Below, piece by piece: positions 1-10,614 of a DNA stretch of 64,000 bases. A program made the position numbers and the translations under genes. Within the stretch, counting starts at the first letter, position 1. Each line of letters opens with the position of its first letter. The notes below the pieces were generated by a model, which ran no database searches, was not told the origin of the DNA, and worked only from the letters and a program-made list of their open reading frames with translations. The DNA is from Candidatus Freyarchaeum deiterrae (GTDB lineage Archaea > Asgardarchaeota > Jordiarchaeia > Jordiarchaeales > Jordiarchaeaceae): positions 512,001-576,000 of the forward strand of contig CP147778.1 in assembly GCA_037305845.1 (NCBI GenBank). The letters are read 5' to 3'.

Positions 1-865
1 TGCGTTTAATGAGTTGTAAGTCTCCTTTTCCGAGGAAATTTACACGTGATATGTCTGCTGAATGAATATTTTCTTCGACTTGTTTCATGGTGCTCATTCC
101 GCTCAGCACGACGGATACTTCTGGTTGATTCCATAGCCATTGTAGAGCCCAATCGGCTGGCGTACGTTTTTTTCCACCGTAACTATCTAATATTTCTTGA
201 ACCGGTTTTGGGGGATTCGCTAGTACTCCGCCTCTTATAGGTTCCATTACGACAACAGCCAATCCCTTTGACGCTGCGTATTTTAACCCTTTGGTTCCGG
301 CTTGATTATCTGCATCCATGTAGTTGTACTGTATTTGGCAAAAACTCCATTCTTTACATGCACCAATTATTTCTTTGAAAAGATCATACTTATCGTGGAA
401 AGAGAATCCTAATTTTCGAATCCTACCGTCCTCAAGGGCGGATTCCGCTTTTTCCAATAAGTTGAGGTCAAGGACAGTCTTCCACCTCTGTTCATTCAAA
501 CCGTGAAAGAGATAAAAATCAATATGATCGGTTTGCAACTTTTTTAGTTGATCGTTTAGAATTTTATCAAAATCTTCTTCCTTCTGTATTATAATAACGG
601 GGGATTTTGTCGCTAGTTTGACCTTCTCCCTGTATCCGTCTTCCAAAGCTTTTCCCACAACAGTTTCGCCATTCAGGGCATGATACACATATGCTGTGTC
701 AATGTAATTGACCCCCTGGTCAATCGCATAGCGAATCATTGCTATCGCTTCTTTTTCGTTTATGTTTGGACCGTTCGGGATTCCATCGTTCGTCGGCAAA
801 CGCATGCACCCGAATCCTAGTGCGGAAACCTCCCAGTCAAGTTTTCCAAATCTTCTAAATTGCAT
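1..865 (-). CDS. Aldo/keto reductase (COG1453-like), runs off the window start
   Basis: Not in the ORF track. Manual translation from ATG at 865 gives MQFRRFGKLDWEVSALGFGCMRLP...IRYAIDQGVNYIDTAYVYH, with the AKR motifs LGFGCMRL and DTAxxY. Confidence 0.9.
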   Translation of the reverse strand, partial: MQFRRFGKLDWEVSALGFGCMRLPTNDGIPNGPNINEKEAIAMIRYAIDQGVNYIDTAYVYHALNGETVVGKALEDGYREKVKLATKSPVIIIQKEEDFDKILNDQLKKLQTDHIDFYLFHGLNEQRWKTVLDLNLLEKAESALEDGRIRKLGFSFHDKYDLFKEIIGACKEWSFCQIQYNYMDADNQAGTKGLKYAASKGLAVVVMEPIRGGVLANPPKPVQEILDSYGGKKRTPADWALQWLWNQPEVSVVLSGMSTMKQVEENIHSADISRVNFLGKGDLQLIKR

Positions 866-1276
866 TTTTCCCTACTCCTTTTAGTTAATAACCACATCGA
901 TTCCAAAAAGTTTTGCTTACATTAAGCTTATCAGAATAAGAGTCTACAGCACATTCCTAATATTGTTAGAATAAACGTAGTACTCACTACTTTTAAAATT
1001 ATCATTACTTCAAAAGGCAACTACAACTCCTCTAATGAAATAATTTGCTTATTTATTGAGGATTAGCAAGAAAAACAGTCTAATAGTCTTCTTATTTATC
1101 TTCCAATGGTGTTCTGTGTTCTCATTCATGTTTCCTTTCTTCAAAAATTCATTTTAAAACAGTTTATCCCATTCTTTCTGGAATAAGCAGCTTTCAAGTA
1201 AAATATATTGTATTTCGTTCTGCTTAAAAAAAGGCTAAAAAAAGAAAAAAGGGAAAAAAGAGGATAGGGAATATGA

Positions 1277-3076
1277 TTACTTCTTCTTCTTCTTCGCAGC
1301 GTCCTGTTCTCTGAGTACTCTTTTTAGGACTTTGCCCGTGTTGGTCTTGGGAAGAGAGTCCACGAACTCCACGTACCTGGGATACTTGTAGGCTGCCATG
1401 TTTTTCTTGCACCACTCTATTATATCATTTTCGGTTGTTTTGCCCTTGTACTCCGGTCTGAGCACTATGTATGCCTTGATGTTCTCACCGGCCTCAGGAT
1501 CAGGTATACCGATAACTCCAACATCTAGCACCGCGGGATTCGTAAAGAGGACTTCCTCGATTTCCCGAGGATAAACGCTGTGTCCTTTGTATTTTACTAT
1601 GTCTTTGGTGCGGTCCATTATAAAGAAGTATCCGTCCTTGTCCATCGTGCAAAGGTCTCCTGTTTTCAGCCACTTCAGCCCTCCGGCTTCGAAGAAGACC
1701 TTCTTGGTTTCCTCCGGTCTGTTATAGTAGCCCAGCATAACCTGGGGACCGCTGATCACCATCTCACCCAGCTCACCAATCGGTAGGAACTTGTTGCTCT
1801 CCGGGTTCACTACGCCGACCAGTGTATCGGGAATGGGTGGACCGACGCTGCCTGCTCTTTCACCGAACAGCTCGACGGGCCGAGTGTGAGTGACTGGGCT
1901 GGCTTCAGTTAAACCGAAGCCTTCACTGATAGGGTTTCCTGAGATTTTCTTCCACTGTTGTACAACCGCCTCTGGGGTTGATGCTCCTCCCATGCTCATG
2001 TATTTGAGACTGCTGAAATCCGTATCCTTAGTCTTGGGGTTGTTCATCAGTCCAATGAGCATGGCTGCAACGCCTAAGAGCATCCATGGTTTATACTTGT
2101 TAATGGCGTCACAAATAGCTGCAACGTCGAAGGTTGGGAAAAGCACGTATTGTCCATCAACTATCTGGGCAGTCACGACCTCGCAGGTCTGGCCGTATAT
2201 GTGATACCATGGCATTACGCTGATGGCTTTAATATAGGGTTGCTTCCATCTTTTCCGTAGTGCGTCAGTGGGAACTGAAATCTCGTAAGCATTTGATATG
2301 AGGTTGTTGTGTGTGAGCATGGCGCCCTTGGGTAGACCGGTTGTGCCTCCGGTGTATTGAATTACTGCGACGTCTTTCATGGGGTCTATTTTTACTTTTG
2401 TTACTTTGGGTTCGGTGTCTTTTATCAGGTTGGCCATGTGGTAGATTCCTTTTGCCTTATCTTCTGGCACAGGGATTGGCTGTCCCGCTAGGTTGACTAA
2501 GATGATGTTTTTGAGTTTAACCTCTTTTTGTATTGCTTCATAGTTTTTCCAGAACGCGTCTATAAGTATAAGGGTTTGGGCTCCGCTGTCATTTATCTGG
2601 TACGCGACTTCTCTGGGTACGAAGAGCGGGCTTATGCAGGTCAATGTTGCTCCGGCCTTCAGTGCACCAAAGTACGCTATTTGGAACTGGGGGCTGTTGA
2701 GTAGATATATTGCTACCTTGTCGCCTTTCTTGATTCCCAGTTTTTGCTGGAAGGCTGTGGCGAGCCTGTCGACTTGATCCTTAAGGTATTTTCGTGGTAT
2801 TTCTCTTCCAAAGAATATTAGGCTTACAAAGTCTGGATTCTTTGCTACGGCTTCATCGAACATGTCGACTAACGACTTGTCGTTAGGTATAGTAACTTCG
2901 TGGGCTACGTCTTTGGGATAAGACTTTAGCCAGATTTTGTTCTTTACGTAGTCGGGTAACTCTCCTTCCTTTGGTTTACCAGCTTCTTTTGCTGGTTTAC
3001 CAGCTTCTTTTGCTGGTTTACCAGCTTCTTTTGCTGGTTTCTCCACTTTAGCTTTTACTTCTTTTTTCTTACTCAT
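1277..3076 (-). CDS. fadD: Long-chain fatty acid--CoA ligase with Lys/Pro/Ala-rich N-terminal extension
   Basis: AMP-binding motifs YTGGTTGLPKG, GFGLTEASP, TGD and PKTNTGK. Confidence 0.92.
   Translation of the reverse strand: MSKKKEVKAKVEKPAKEAGKPAKEAGKPAKEAGKPKEGELPDYVKNKIWLKSYPKDVAHEVTIPNDKSLVDMFDEAVAKNPDFVSLIFFGREIPRKYLKDQVDRLATAFQQKLGIKKGDKVAIYLLNSPQFQIAYFGALKAGATLTCISPLFVPREVAYQINDSGAQTLILIDAFWKNYEAIQKEVKLKNIILVNLAGQPIPVPEDKAKGIYHMANLIKDTEPKVTKVKIDPMKDVAVIQYTGGTTGLPKGAMLTHNNLISNAYEISVPTDALRKRWKQPYIKAISVMPWYHIYGQTCEVVTAQIVDGQYVLFPTFDVAAICDAINKYKPWMLLGVAAMLIGLMNNPKTKDTDFSSLKYMSMGGASTPEAVVQQWKKISGNPISEGFGLTEASPVTHTRPVELFGERAGSVGPPIPDTLVGVVNPESNKFLPIGELGEMVISGPQVMLGYYNRPEETKKVFFEAGGLKWLKTGDLCTMDKDGYFFIMDRTKDIVKYKGHSVYPREIEEVLFTNPAVLDVGVIGIPDPEAGENIKAYIVLRPEYKGKTTENDIIEWCKKNMAAYKYPRYVEFVDSLPKTNTGKVLKRVLREQDAAKKKKK
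2972..3040. repeat. Perfect 21-bp tandem repeat, 3.3 copies, encoding (KPAKEAG)3
   Basis: tggtttaccagcttcttttgc at 2972, 2993 and 3014, plus a partial copy. Confidence 0.97.
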
Positions 3077-3422
3077 TTGTAAATAGTCCTCCTATGCTCT
3101 TTCAGGAAAATGATTTCTCTTCTCCTTTGAAAAAGTCTATATTACTCTTTCTCATCTTTTATATAAAATTAATTGAAAAACATCATGATACCTAAAAAAA
3201 ATAGACATATATATGTTAAAAATTCAGTAACAATACCCATTCCAGATTATACCCTTTTAAACACCAACTGCAACTGCAACCCCTAAAGGCGCGAAGTATG
3301 CCAGTTTCCTAGGTTGTGGTTCTTTTTCCCTTATTTTTTAGAGTGTAGACCAAACGAAATTTTCTTTTTTTAACCCAGAATCTGAGATTATTTTTTATAG
3401 GTTCATATCGGAAGTATTTCTC

Positions 3423-3689
3423 ATGAATAATCGCTCAATGGGAAAAGTGATAGCGGAAGTGATTGAGGAGTACAACAAGTATAGGCTGCCTGAAGCTACG
3501 GCTAAGTTAGTTTCAATGGATGCAAAATTCTTGAAAATAGAATTCACTGGACCATATTGTACTACTTGTGGTTTCTACGAGTATTTTGAGGATTTTGTAT
3601 ATGTCCTTGAAGATTTTGGAATTAAAAGCCAGATTGATGAAGTGGAGGAAACGGAAAAGGGAGCAATCGTTGCTTTTTTAATGAAATAG
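3423..3689 (+). CDS. Small archaeal CxxC protein, possibly NifU C-terminal-like
   Basis: IEFTGPYCTTC resembles the NifU-type (L/F)xGxCxxC motif. Confidence 0.6.
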   Translation: MNNRSMGKVIAEVIEEYNKYRLPEATAKLVSMDAKFLKIEFTGPYCTTCGFYEYFEDFVYVLEDFGIKSQIDEVEETEKGAIVAFLMK

Positions 3690-3703
3690 TGAAGAAAGAT
3701 TCA

Positions 3704-4387
3704 TTATTTTTCATTATTCTTTGGAGTTATGATTTCTTTCAGTTGATTGATTATGTTTTTTGCTCTAACAACTGCTCTTACTGCATACCATTCATGTTCA
3801 CCCAGACTCTGTTCTTTTTCTAGGAAAGCCTCGACTTCTATATAAATTTGTTTAAATTGGCGGATTCTCGACTCATCGTTGGGTTTCTCACCCTGGAGCT
3901 TTTGTCTTCCCTCCCAGAATCCCTCAGCGAAGTACCAATCCTTAAACCAGGTAAACCCCAGCTTGAACAGCTTGTAGCCGAGGCGGCTTACTGGTGGCGG
4001 CAATCCTGCTCCGAGCTGTCTTCTGGTTTCCTCATCTTCGAAGTATTCAATAAATATGCTTGCTCCCGGCTTAATGGCCTGTGAAAAAATTGACAACAAG
4101 TTATCCTCAAAAATAGAATCAAAATACTCGATAGTTTTTCCTCCTAGATTAACGAGACTACTAATATCTGATAACTCCACCCAGGGAGTGTGATAGGGAA
4201 GCCTACCATAGAAGATCTTAATGACTAAAAGGCGGGTTTCCAGCTCATCTTCTTTCAAGTACACATCCAGGTTTACTTCTTCTCGGAATCTTCCCCTCGA
4301 AACTGTTTTTGCATAAACTGTGAAATTGCCGACCACAACTCCACTGGTCAATTTTTCAACAGCAGTTTCTAACACTCTACCAACCAC
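3704..4387 (-). CDS. DUF1122 family protein
   Basis: Conserved SRLG...GFTWFKDWYFxEGxxEG..KLQ block. Confidence 0.8.
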   Translation of the reverse strand: MVGRVLETAVEKLTSGVVVGNFTVYAKTVSRGRFREEVNLDVYLKEDELETRLLVIKIFYGRLPYHTPWVELSDISSLVNLGGKTIEYFDSIFEDNLLSIFSQAIKPGASIFIEYFEDEETRRQLGAGLPPPVSRLGYKLFKLGFTWFKDWYFAEGFWEGRQKLQGEKPNDESRIRQFKQIYIEVEAFLEKEQSLGEHEWYAVRAVVRAKNIINQLKEIITPKNNEK

Positions 4388-4475
4388 TCAGCAGTATCTC
4401 GTTGAAAAATAGTTCACACAATTTGAATTATGGAATAAGAATTTCTAAAAAATATTTTGAAGAAGGTTTTTAGAC

Positions 4476-5096
4476 TTATTCAGAACAGAAATGCTTTTGA
4501 AAAACGCTGTAAATGTCTTCAGGTTTCTCCAGTACAAATACGCCGTCTATTTTAGAGAGCATCCTGACGTGCTCCGCGTCTTCCTTTCTTACTCTCAATT
4601 TTAAGTCCCGCCCGTCGGGAATCTTTGTAACCACAAATCCCTCTTCATAATCGGAGGGCATTATGTAAATCGGAACAAATGCTTTCAAACCCATGATTGC
4701 CGCATTAGAGAGCAAACTATCCGCTAATCCCATAGCAATCTTAGCCACGGTATTCGACGTTGCCGGAGCGATCAACAAAAACTCGAACTTCCCCGCTTGC
4801 ATCTGACCAGCAAGAAAAGGCGCATTCGCATTGGTCTCAACCCAAACCTTGTCAAAAATTTCCACCAAATCTTGGCTCAGCTTGTAGTATTTCAAAACCT
4901 GATCTCCAGCTTTGGAGACGTAAACCCTAATATCCACTAAGTCCTCATAATCCTCTCTTATTTTTTTCATAACATCAAACGTTTGTTGCAGCCTATCTCC
5001 ACTGCCCGTAATTCCCCATGCAATCTTCTTTAGCTTTTTCTTTTCTTCTTTTTTCTCAGTCAGCTTGTTCCCCTCCATTAAAAACTCGATAAACAT
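4476..5096 (-). CDS. afpA: Archaeal flavoprotein AfpA (start probably downstream of 5096)
   Basis: KKIAWGITGSGD and APATSNTVAKIAxGxAD flavoprotein motifs; adjacent to an Isf-like gene. Confidence 0.8.
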   Translation of the reverse strand: MFIEFLMEGNKLTEKKEEKKKLKKIAWGITGSGDRLQQTFDVMKKIREDYEDLVDIRVYVSKAGDQVLKYYKLSQDLVEIFDKVWVETNANAPFLAGQMQAGKFEFLLIAPATSNTVAKIAMGLADSLLSNAAIMGLKAFVPIYIMPSDYEEGFVVTKIPDGRDLKLRVRKEDAEHVRMLSKIDGVFVLEKPEDIYSVFQKHFCSE

Positions 5097-5107
5097 ATTT
5101 AAGATGC

Positions 5108-5713
5108 CTAGCTTTTATCTTTAATCTCAAATTTCTGCAAAAACTTGGCAAACTTTTTAACAGTCTTACTCAAACTCCTGAAACCCTCCTCATCTTCCTT
5201 TACGCCTTTCAGAGTATCCTTTGACCAAAACGTTGCCCCCAAATTTGCTCCAAAGGAACCGCCACTAATCGGTATAATTCCATTCAGCACGTAAAAGGTT
5301 ATGATTTGCTGTACCGCCAGTTCCTGCCCACCCATTCTGTCCCCGCCAACAGCGATTGCCATACCTGCTTTATACTGGAAAACTTTGGGGTCTGCTGCGA
5401 GCAAAGCCCGGCATCTATCCATAATGGCTTTGGTTTGCGAACTGAGGGCTCCATTGTAGACCGGTGTAGCGAAGATTATTCCCTGAGCGCCCTTAAGCAG
5501 AGGGTAGATCTCGTACATGTCGTCTTTAAATTTGCACTCCTTGTTCTTTAAGCAGTAATCGCAGTGCGTGCATGGTCCTATGTTTTTACCTCTAACGCTG
5601 AAAAACTGTGTTTCAAACCCTTGCTCTTCCAGCATTCTCAAAGCCTCTATCAATACATATTCTGTTGCCTTTTTCCTCGGACTTCCACAAATGCCAAGTA
5701 TCAAGTTAATCAC
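5108..5713 (-). CDS. Iron-sulfur flavoprotein (Isf) / flavodoxin-like NADPH-dependent FMN reductase
   Basis: GSPR, CxxCxxC...C, TPVY and GGQE motifs. Confidence 0.88.
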   Translation of the reverse strand: MINLILGICGSPRKKATEYVLIEALRMLEEQGFETQFFSVRGKNIGPCTHCDYCLKNKECKFKDDMYEIYPLLKGAQGIIFATPVYNGALSSQTKAIMDRCRALLAADPKVFQYKAGMAIAVGGDRMGGQELAVQQIITFYVLNGIIPISGGSFGANLGATFWSKDTLKGVKEDEEGFRSLSKTVKKFAKFLQKFEIKDKS

Positions 5714-5868
5714 TTATATCCTATAATTTGAAAAAGATTTATTAATATTCTTACCAAATTTTCATCTTCAAAATACTAGAAGTGCTTCTTCAGGCTAATA
5801 ATAGCGGAGCGACTCGACAATAAAAAATAGATATGTGAGGATCACATCTTTTAGGGCACTACGTTTTT

Positions 5869-6021
5869 TTAGATTTGTTGAAGACTACTGTCCAGAGTAT
5901 GAAAGCCACTAATATCAGTAGCAAATGAAATACTCAATAAGCTCCATATTACCCCAACAATACCCATGATGGCTCCTATTATTCCACCATTAGTGCCCGC
6001 TAAAAGTGCTCTTCTACTCAT
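5869..6021 (-). pseudogene. Truncated N-terminal fragment of the membrane-protein family at 33913-34695
   Basis: MSRRALLAGTNGGIIGAIMGIVGVIW aligns with LSRRALLTGTAGGITGAITAAIGVVW; GGTGA RBS; stops after 50 aa. Confidence 0.7.
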
Positions 6022-6238
6022 TATCACCCATCTCCCTTTTTCATTATTTGTGAACTCTTTCATATTCTGGGTATATTAGATTTACTTTTCGTGCAGATTT
6101 CAACCATGTTCTAATCATTTGTAATTTCTTTCTCAGAAACGTTTATATTGTTATTCAAAAAGACTGAAACCGTATAGCCTTATTTTAAATTAGTTTTAAA
6201 TACTACTTTTTTTAAAGTAAAATATACTTGAACAAGAC

Positions 6239-7729
6239 TTGAAATACATCAACACTTGTGCTTTCTCTAAATTTTTATATATGGAGGGAATATGGTTGCA
6301 TGAAAAAGAACTTGTCAATCCCAGCCATTCCAGTATTCTCAAATCTCTTGAGAGAATAGTAGGGAAAAAATTTGTAAAAGATAGGATGGAGGAACGCTAC
6401 TACTATTCCAGCGATGCCAGCGCAGAGGAGCCAGGCATCCCAGAGTTTGTGGTTATGCCTGAGACTGTTGAGGAGATTCAGGAAATCCTACGGCTAGCCA
6501 ACCGTGAAAAAATATCGGTCACCCCACGAACAGGTGGTCTCACTCTTTCCGGACTTGCGATACCTTATGGAGGAGGTATCTTATTAGATTTGAAGAGGAT
6601 GGACAAAATAATCGAAGTGAACCCAGATTCTATGTTTGCGGTGGTTGAGTGCGGCGTAACCACTGGTCAGCTCAAAACCTTCCTTGAGAGTAATTATCCT
6701 AACCTGTGGTTTTGCCAGCCTCATGCCCCGCAGTCGGTGGGTGTAATCTCTAACGCAATAATATACGGGGCGGGACAGGTTTCCCTAGGTCAAGGTGTGA
6801 ACTCGGACATGGTAAACGGCTTAGAGGTTGTTCTACCCACGGGAGAGATTCTCAGGACTGGATCCTGCGCTCTGGGCAAGTCTTGGCTTACCAAGTATTG
6901 TCTTCCCGATTTTATGGGGCTCTTTCTGGGCTGGTTCGGAGCCACAGGCATCATAACGAAAGCCTCCATTCAACTCTGGCCTAAACCGAGTATTAGAGAC
7001 GCCATGTTTTACAAAATCGATAAGGTGGAGGATACTGTTGAAATTCTCTTGAAACTAACCAAGAGCGAGGCCTGCGAAGATATATACATTAACAGTTGGA
7101 CTGGTACCAGTACAAAGCGATTCTACATGCCAGAGAAACCTGAAGACATGCCGGAGATTACCATGGATATTATTTTGAGCGGGAAATCGCAGGAGGAATT
7201 CGACCTAAAGAAACGGAAGGTGGGAGAAATAATAGAAAAAGCCATGGAAGATGGTGTTAAAGTTGAAGAATTCGAAGCCTCCTTGCTGCTAAAAATGGGG
7301 ATACTGATGGTTCCTCAATACATAGGGTTTATGGACTTGATGCTTGGTGGAGGAGCGGAATATTTAGGATGTTATATTCCCACAGAAGCGATGGGAACTG
7401 CCTACAAGAAGGGAATGGAAATAGCGAAAAGGTATGGATTCCAGTATATGCACGTGGCTAGACCCTTCAGAACAGGACACATCACCGGCATAATGTACGC
7501 CTTCCCCTTCGATAAGAAAAATCCGGAGATGGTTGAAAAACTTCTAAATGTCTTGGTGGAAATATGTGATATGGCCATAAATCTTGGTGGCGTGCCTTGG
7601 AAACCTTCCCCAACTGTTCAAAAGGTTGTTTTAGAACACGCAGACCCCGAATTCGTTAACTTTATGAAAAAGATAAAAACGCTACTGGACCCCAACGGGA
7701 TAATGTCTCCCGGAGAGTGGGCTCTATAG
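6239..7729 (+). CDS. FAD-binding oxidoreductase (GlcD/D-2-hydroxyacid dehydrogenase-like, VAO family); start probably near 6296
   Basis: PRTGG FAD loop, LEVVLPTGE, GxxGIITK and C-terminal LDPNGIMSPG. Confidence 0.88.
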   Translation: MKYINTCAFSKFLYMEGIWLHEKELVNPSHSSILKSLERIVGKKFVKDRMEERYYYSSDASAEEPGIPEFVVMPETVEEIQEILRLANREKISVTPRTGGLTLSGLAIPYGGGILLDLKRMDKIIEVNPDSMFAVVECGVTTGQLKTFLESNYPNLWFCQPHAPQSVGVISNAIIYGAGQVSLGQGVNSDMVNGLEVVLPTGEILRTGSCALGKSWLTKYCLPDFMGLFLGWFGATGIITKASIQLWPKPSIRDAMFYKIDKVEDTVEILLKLTKSEACEDIYINSWTGTSTKRFYMPEKPEDMPEITMDIILSGKSQEEFDLKKRKVGEIIEKAMEDGVKVEEFEASLLLKMGILMVPQYIGFMDLMLGGGAEYLGCYIPTEAMGTAYKKGMEIAKRYGFQYMHVARPFRTGHITGIMYAFPFDKKNPEMVEKLLNVLVEICDMAINLGGVPWKPSPTVQKVVLEHADPEFVNFMKKIKTLLDPNGIMSPGEWAL

Positions 7730-7732
7730 GAG

Positions 7733-8926
7733 ATGATGACTATGGCTTTAGAGAAACATAAGGATATAATGAACAGATGCTACAAATGCCAGTACTGCAG
7801 AACGACTGGACCCAATCTATTCTACCCAGGATGCCCCTCGTACACCAAATTTAAATTCGAAACCTTCACAGGTGGCGGCAGAATGTGGATGGCTAAAGGG
7901 GTATCAGAAGAAGCGTTTAGTCTTGATGAGGATATAGTAGACATACTTTTTGCTTGTCAAACCTGTGGAAACTGCTCCACTCAGTGCATCTACCCGATAA
8001 AGGACAGTATACTTAAAATAATTGAGGCAACCAGAGCCGAAGCTGTTAATGCCGGAGTCACACTTCCCGGCCATCAGAAAGACTTCGGGGTACACCTCGG
8101 CAAGGAGCACAATCCCTACCTTGAACCACACAGCAAAAGATGGGAGTGGCTACCCAAAGACACGAATCTTCCAGAAAAGTCAGAAATGGTTTACTTTGTG
8201 GGCTGCACCTCAGCCTACAGGCAAAAGGTTCTGGCACAAGACACCGTTGAGGTTTTCAAAAAAGCTGGCGTAGATTTCACCATTATGAAAGATGAGTGGT
8301 GTTGTGCCTCGCCCCTGCTGAGGACAGGGCAGTGGGAAACGGACTATGTCTCTGCGCCAGAGATAGCCCAACACAACATCGAAGAGGCTAAAAAAACTGG
8401 TGCCAAAAAAATAGTAACAACATGTTCAGGGTGCTTTAGAGCGTGGAAAAAAGACTATCTGGAGGAGTACGATTGGCTCCTCAACTCCAAGCATGACTTT
8501 GAGGTCATACACACTACTCAACTCTTAGAAAAAATGATAAAAAACGGAGAAATAGAACTCCCTAACGAGGTCAACATAAAGGTGACCTATCATGATCCCT
8601 GCCACTTGGGGAGACACATGTGGGTGTATGATTCACCAAGGAATGTGCTAAAAGCAATACCGGGGGTAGAACTTGTTGAAATGCCTCGGATTAGAGAGAA
8701 CTCTTGGTGCTGTGGATCAGGAGGAGGAGTCAAATCGGGTTATGGTGAATGGTCAGTTGAGGTTGCTAACGAGAGGATAAAGGAAGCCGAAAAGTTGGGG
8801 GTAGAGGCAATAGTATCTGCCTGTCCATTCTGCTGGCGTAACCTCGACGACGCAATAAACAATTACAACTCTAATTTGAAAATGTACGATGTTATACAAC
8901 TAGTTAGAAAATCGATGGGCGTCTAA
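7733..8926 (+). CDS. Fe-S oxidoreductase (GlcF/HdrD-like; 4Fe-4S plus two CCG domains)
   Basis: CxxCxxC motifs, YFVGC, WCC, YHDPCHLGR, CCGSGGG and CPFC. Confidence 0.9.
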   Translation: MMTMALEKHKDIMNRCYKCQYCRTTGPNLFYPGCPSYTKFKFETFTGGGRMWMAKGVSEEAFSLDEDIVDILFACQTCGNCSTQCIYPIKDSILKIIEATRAEAVNAGVTLPGHQKDFGVHLGKEHNPYLEPHSKRWEWLPKDTNLPEKSEMVYFVGCTSAYRQKVLAQDTVEVFKKAGVDFTIMKDEWCCASPLLRTGQWETDYVSAPEIAQHNIEEAKKTGAKKIVTTCSGCFRAWKKDYLEEYDWLLNSKHDFEVIHTTQLLEKMIKNGEIELPNEVNIKVTYHDPCHLGRHMWVYDSPRNVLKAIPGVELVEMPRIRENSWCCGSGGGVKSGYGEWSVEVANERIKEAEKLGVEAIVSACPFCWRNLDDAINNYNSNLKMYDVIQLVRKSMGV

Positions 8927-9097
8927 AGGTTTCACACATCAAAAACACCTCCCCATCCCTCTTCTTTCCCAAAAAAATTTTTTAGAAATTACTTCTATAT
9001 ACACACAAGGTTATAAAGTCCATTCTTGTTTGACTCACCATCTAGGTAGAATATCCACATAAAATTGTAAGAGTTTTCACAATTCTAATGGAGAAGG

Positions 9098-10543
9098 TTG
9101 AATTTGTCTAAAATGAAATTTACTGGAGAACGCCATTCTCGTATCCTAGATTCTCTGGAAAGAATCGTAGGGAAAAGTTTTGCCACTGATAGGATAGAGG
9201 AAATCTACTATTATTCCAGTGACGCCAGCGCTGAGGAACCATGCATCCCAGCGTTTGTGGTCATGCCTGGAACGGTTGGGGAAGTTCAAGAGATTATAAG
9301 GTTAGCCAACCACGAAAAAATTCCTGTTACTCCAAGAACGGGAGGCCTAACACTTTCCGGCTTGGCGATACCTTACGGGGGAGGCATCCTGCTGGATTTG
9401 AAAAGAATGGACAAAATAATCGAAGTGAACCCAGATTCAATGTATGCAGTGGTTGAGTGCGGCGTAACCACCGGCCAACTCAAAACCTACTTGGAGGAAA
9501 ACCACTCAGATCTTTGGTTCTGTATGCCTCACGCTCCACAGTCGGTCGGAGTGGTCTCTAATGCCATGATTTATGGGGCGGGGCAGGTTTCTCTGGGCTA
9601 CGGTGTTAGCTCGGATATGGTGAACGGATTGGAGGTAGTCCTACCGACCGGGGAGATTTTTAGGACGGGGAGTTGTGCTCTAGGTAAGTCATGGCTTACC
9701 AAGTACTACCTACCAGACTTCATCGGTCTTTTTTTAGGCTGGTTCGGAAGCACGGGCATCATCACTAAGGTTTCTATTCAACTCTGGCCAAAGCCGAATT
9801 TTCGGGAAGCCCTATTTTATAAATTATACAATGTTGATGACCTCGTTGAACTTCTTTTGAAATTAACTAAAAGCGGGGCCTGCGAAGACATTTGCGTATA
9901 TAGCTGGACAGGTACTATCAGTAAAGAACGTTTTCATTTGCCAGAGAAACCTGAGAATGTTCCAGAAATTGCTATAGATGTCATCATGAGTGGAAAGTTT
10001 CAAGAAGAGCTGGAATCAAAAAAGCAGACTGTGAGAGAGATTGCTGAGGGATTACTGAAAAATGGTTTTAGTATTGAAGAATATAGCCGTCCTCCAGAGA
10101 TAACTAAAGGCGTTTTAATGGTTCCAAGAATCTTTCCCTTTATGGACTTGACCCAGGGTGGAGGAGCGGATTACTTAGGGTGCTATATCCCCACGGAAGC
10201 GACAGTAATTGCGTATAGGAAGGGAGTGGAAATTGCTAAAAAACACGGATTCCAATACCTGCACTTCATTAGACCGCTGAAAACAGGACACCTCCTTGCT
10301 ATCATGTATATCTTTCCTTTCGACAAAAGTGACCCAAGGCAAGCAAAAGAATTGCTGAGTGCCTTGGCGGAAATTTCTCAAACATGCATGAGTCTTGGTG
10401 GTGTTGTTTGGAAACCCAGTCCCACGATTCAGGAGATTGTTTTAAAGTACGCTGATTCAGGATATATCAATCTTATAAAAAAAATAAAAACGCTACTAGA
10501 CCCAAATAAGATAATGGCTCCGAGAAAATGGGTTCAAAAATAG
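9098..10543 (+). CDS. FAD-binding oxidoreductase, close paralog of 6239-7729
   Basis: N-terminal half nearly identical to 6239-7729; same motifs. Confidence 0.88.
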   Translation: MNLSKMKFTGERHSRILDSLERIVGKSFATDRIEEIYYYSSDASAEEPCIPAFVVMPGTVGEVQEIIRLANHEKIPVTPRTGGLTLSGLAIPYGGGILLDLKRMDKIIEVNPDSMYAVVECGVTTGQLKTYLEENHSDLWFCMPHAPQSVGVVSNAMIYGAGQVSLGYGVSSDMVNGLEVVLPTGEIFRTGSCALGKSWLTKYYLPDFIGLFLGWFGSTGIITKVSIQLWPKPNFREALFYKLYNVDDLVELLLKLTKSGACEDICVYSWTGTISKERFHLPEKPENVPEIAIDVIMSGKFQEELESKKQTVREIAEGLLKNGFSIEEYSRPPEITKGVLMVPRIFPFMDLTQGGGADYLGCYIPTEATVIAYRKGVEIAKKHGFQYLHFIRPLKTGHLLAIMYIFPFDKSDPRQAKELLSALAEISQTCMSLGGVVWKPSPTIQEIVLKYADSGYINLIKKIKTLLDPNKIMAPRKWVQK

Positions 10544-10614
10544 AAATGAGAGAGATGGAGTTTTTTTAGATTTTTATGAATTAAATTTTTTTAGCAGTTT
10601 GACATATGTTATGT

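Noticed and set aside
3270-3335. Hairpin aactgcaacc/ggttgtggtt with a T-rich tail
   Set aside because: Single copy with no recognisable family; it may be an orphan terminator.
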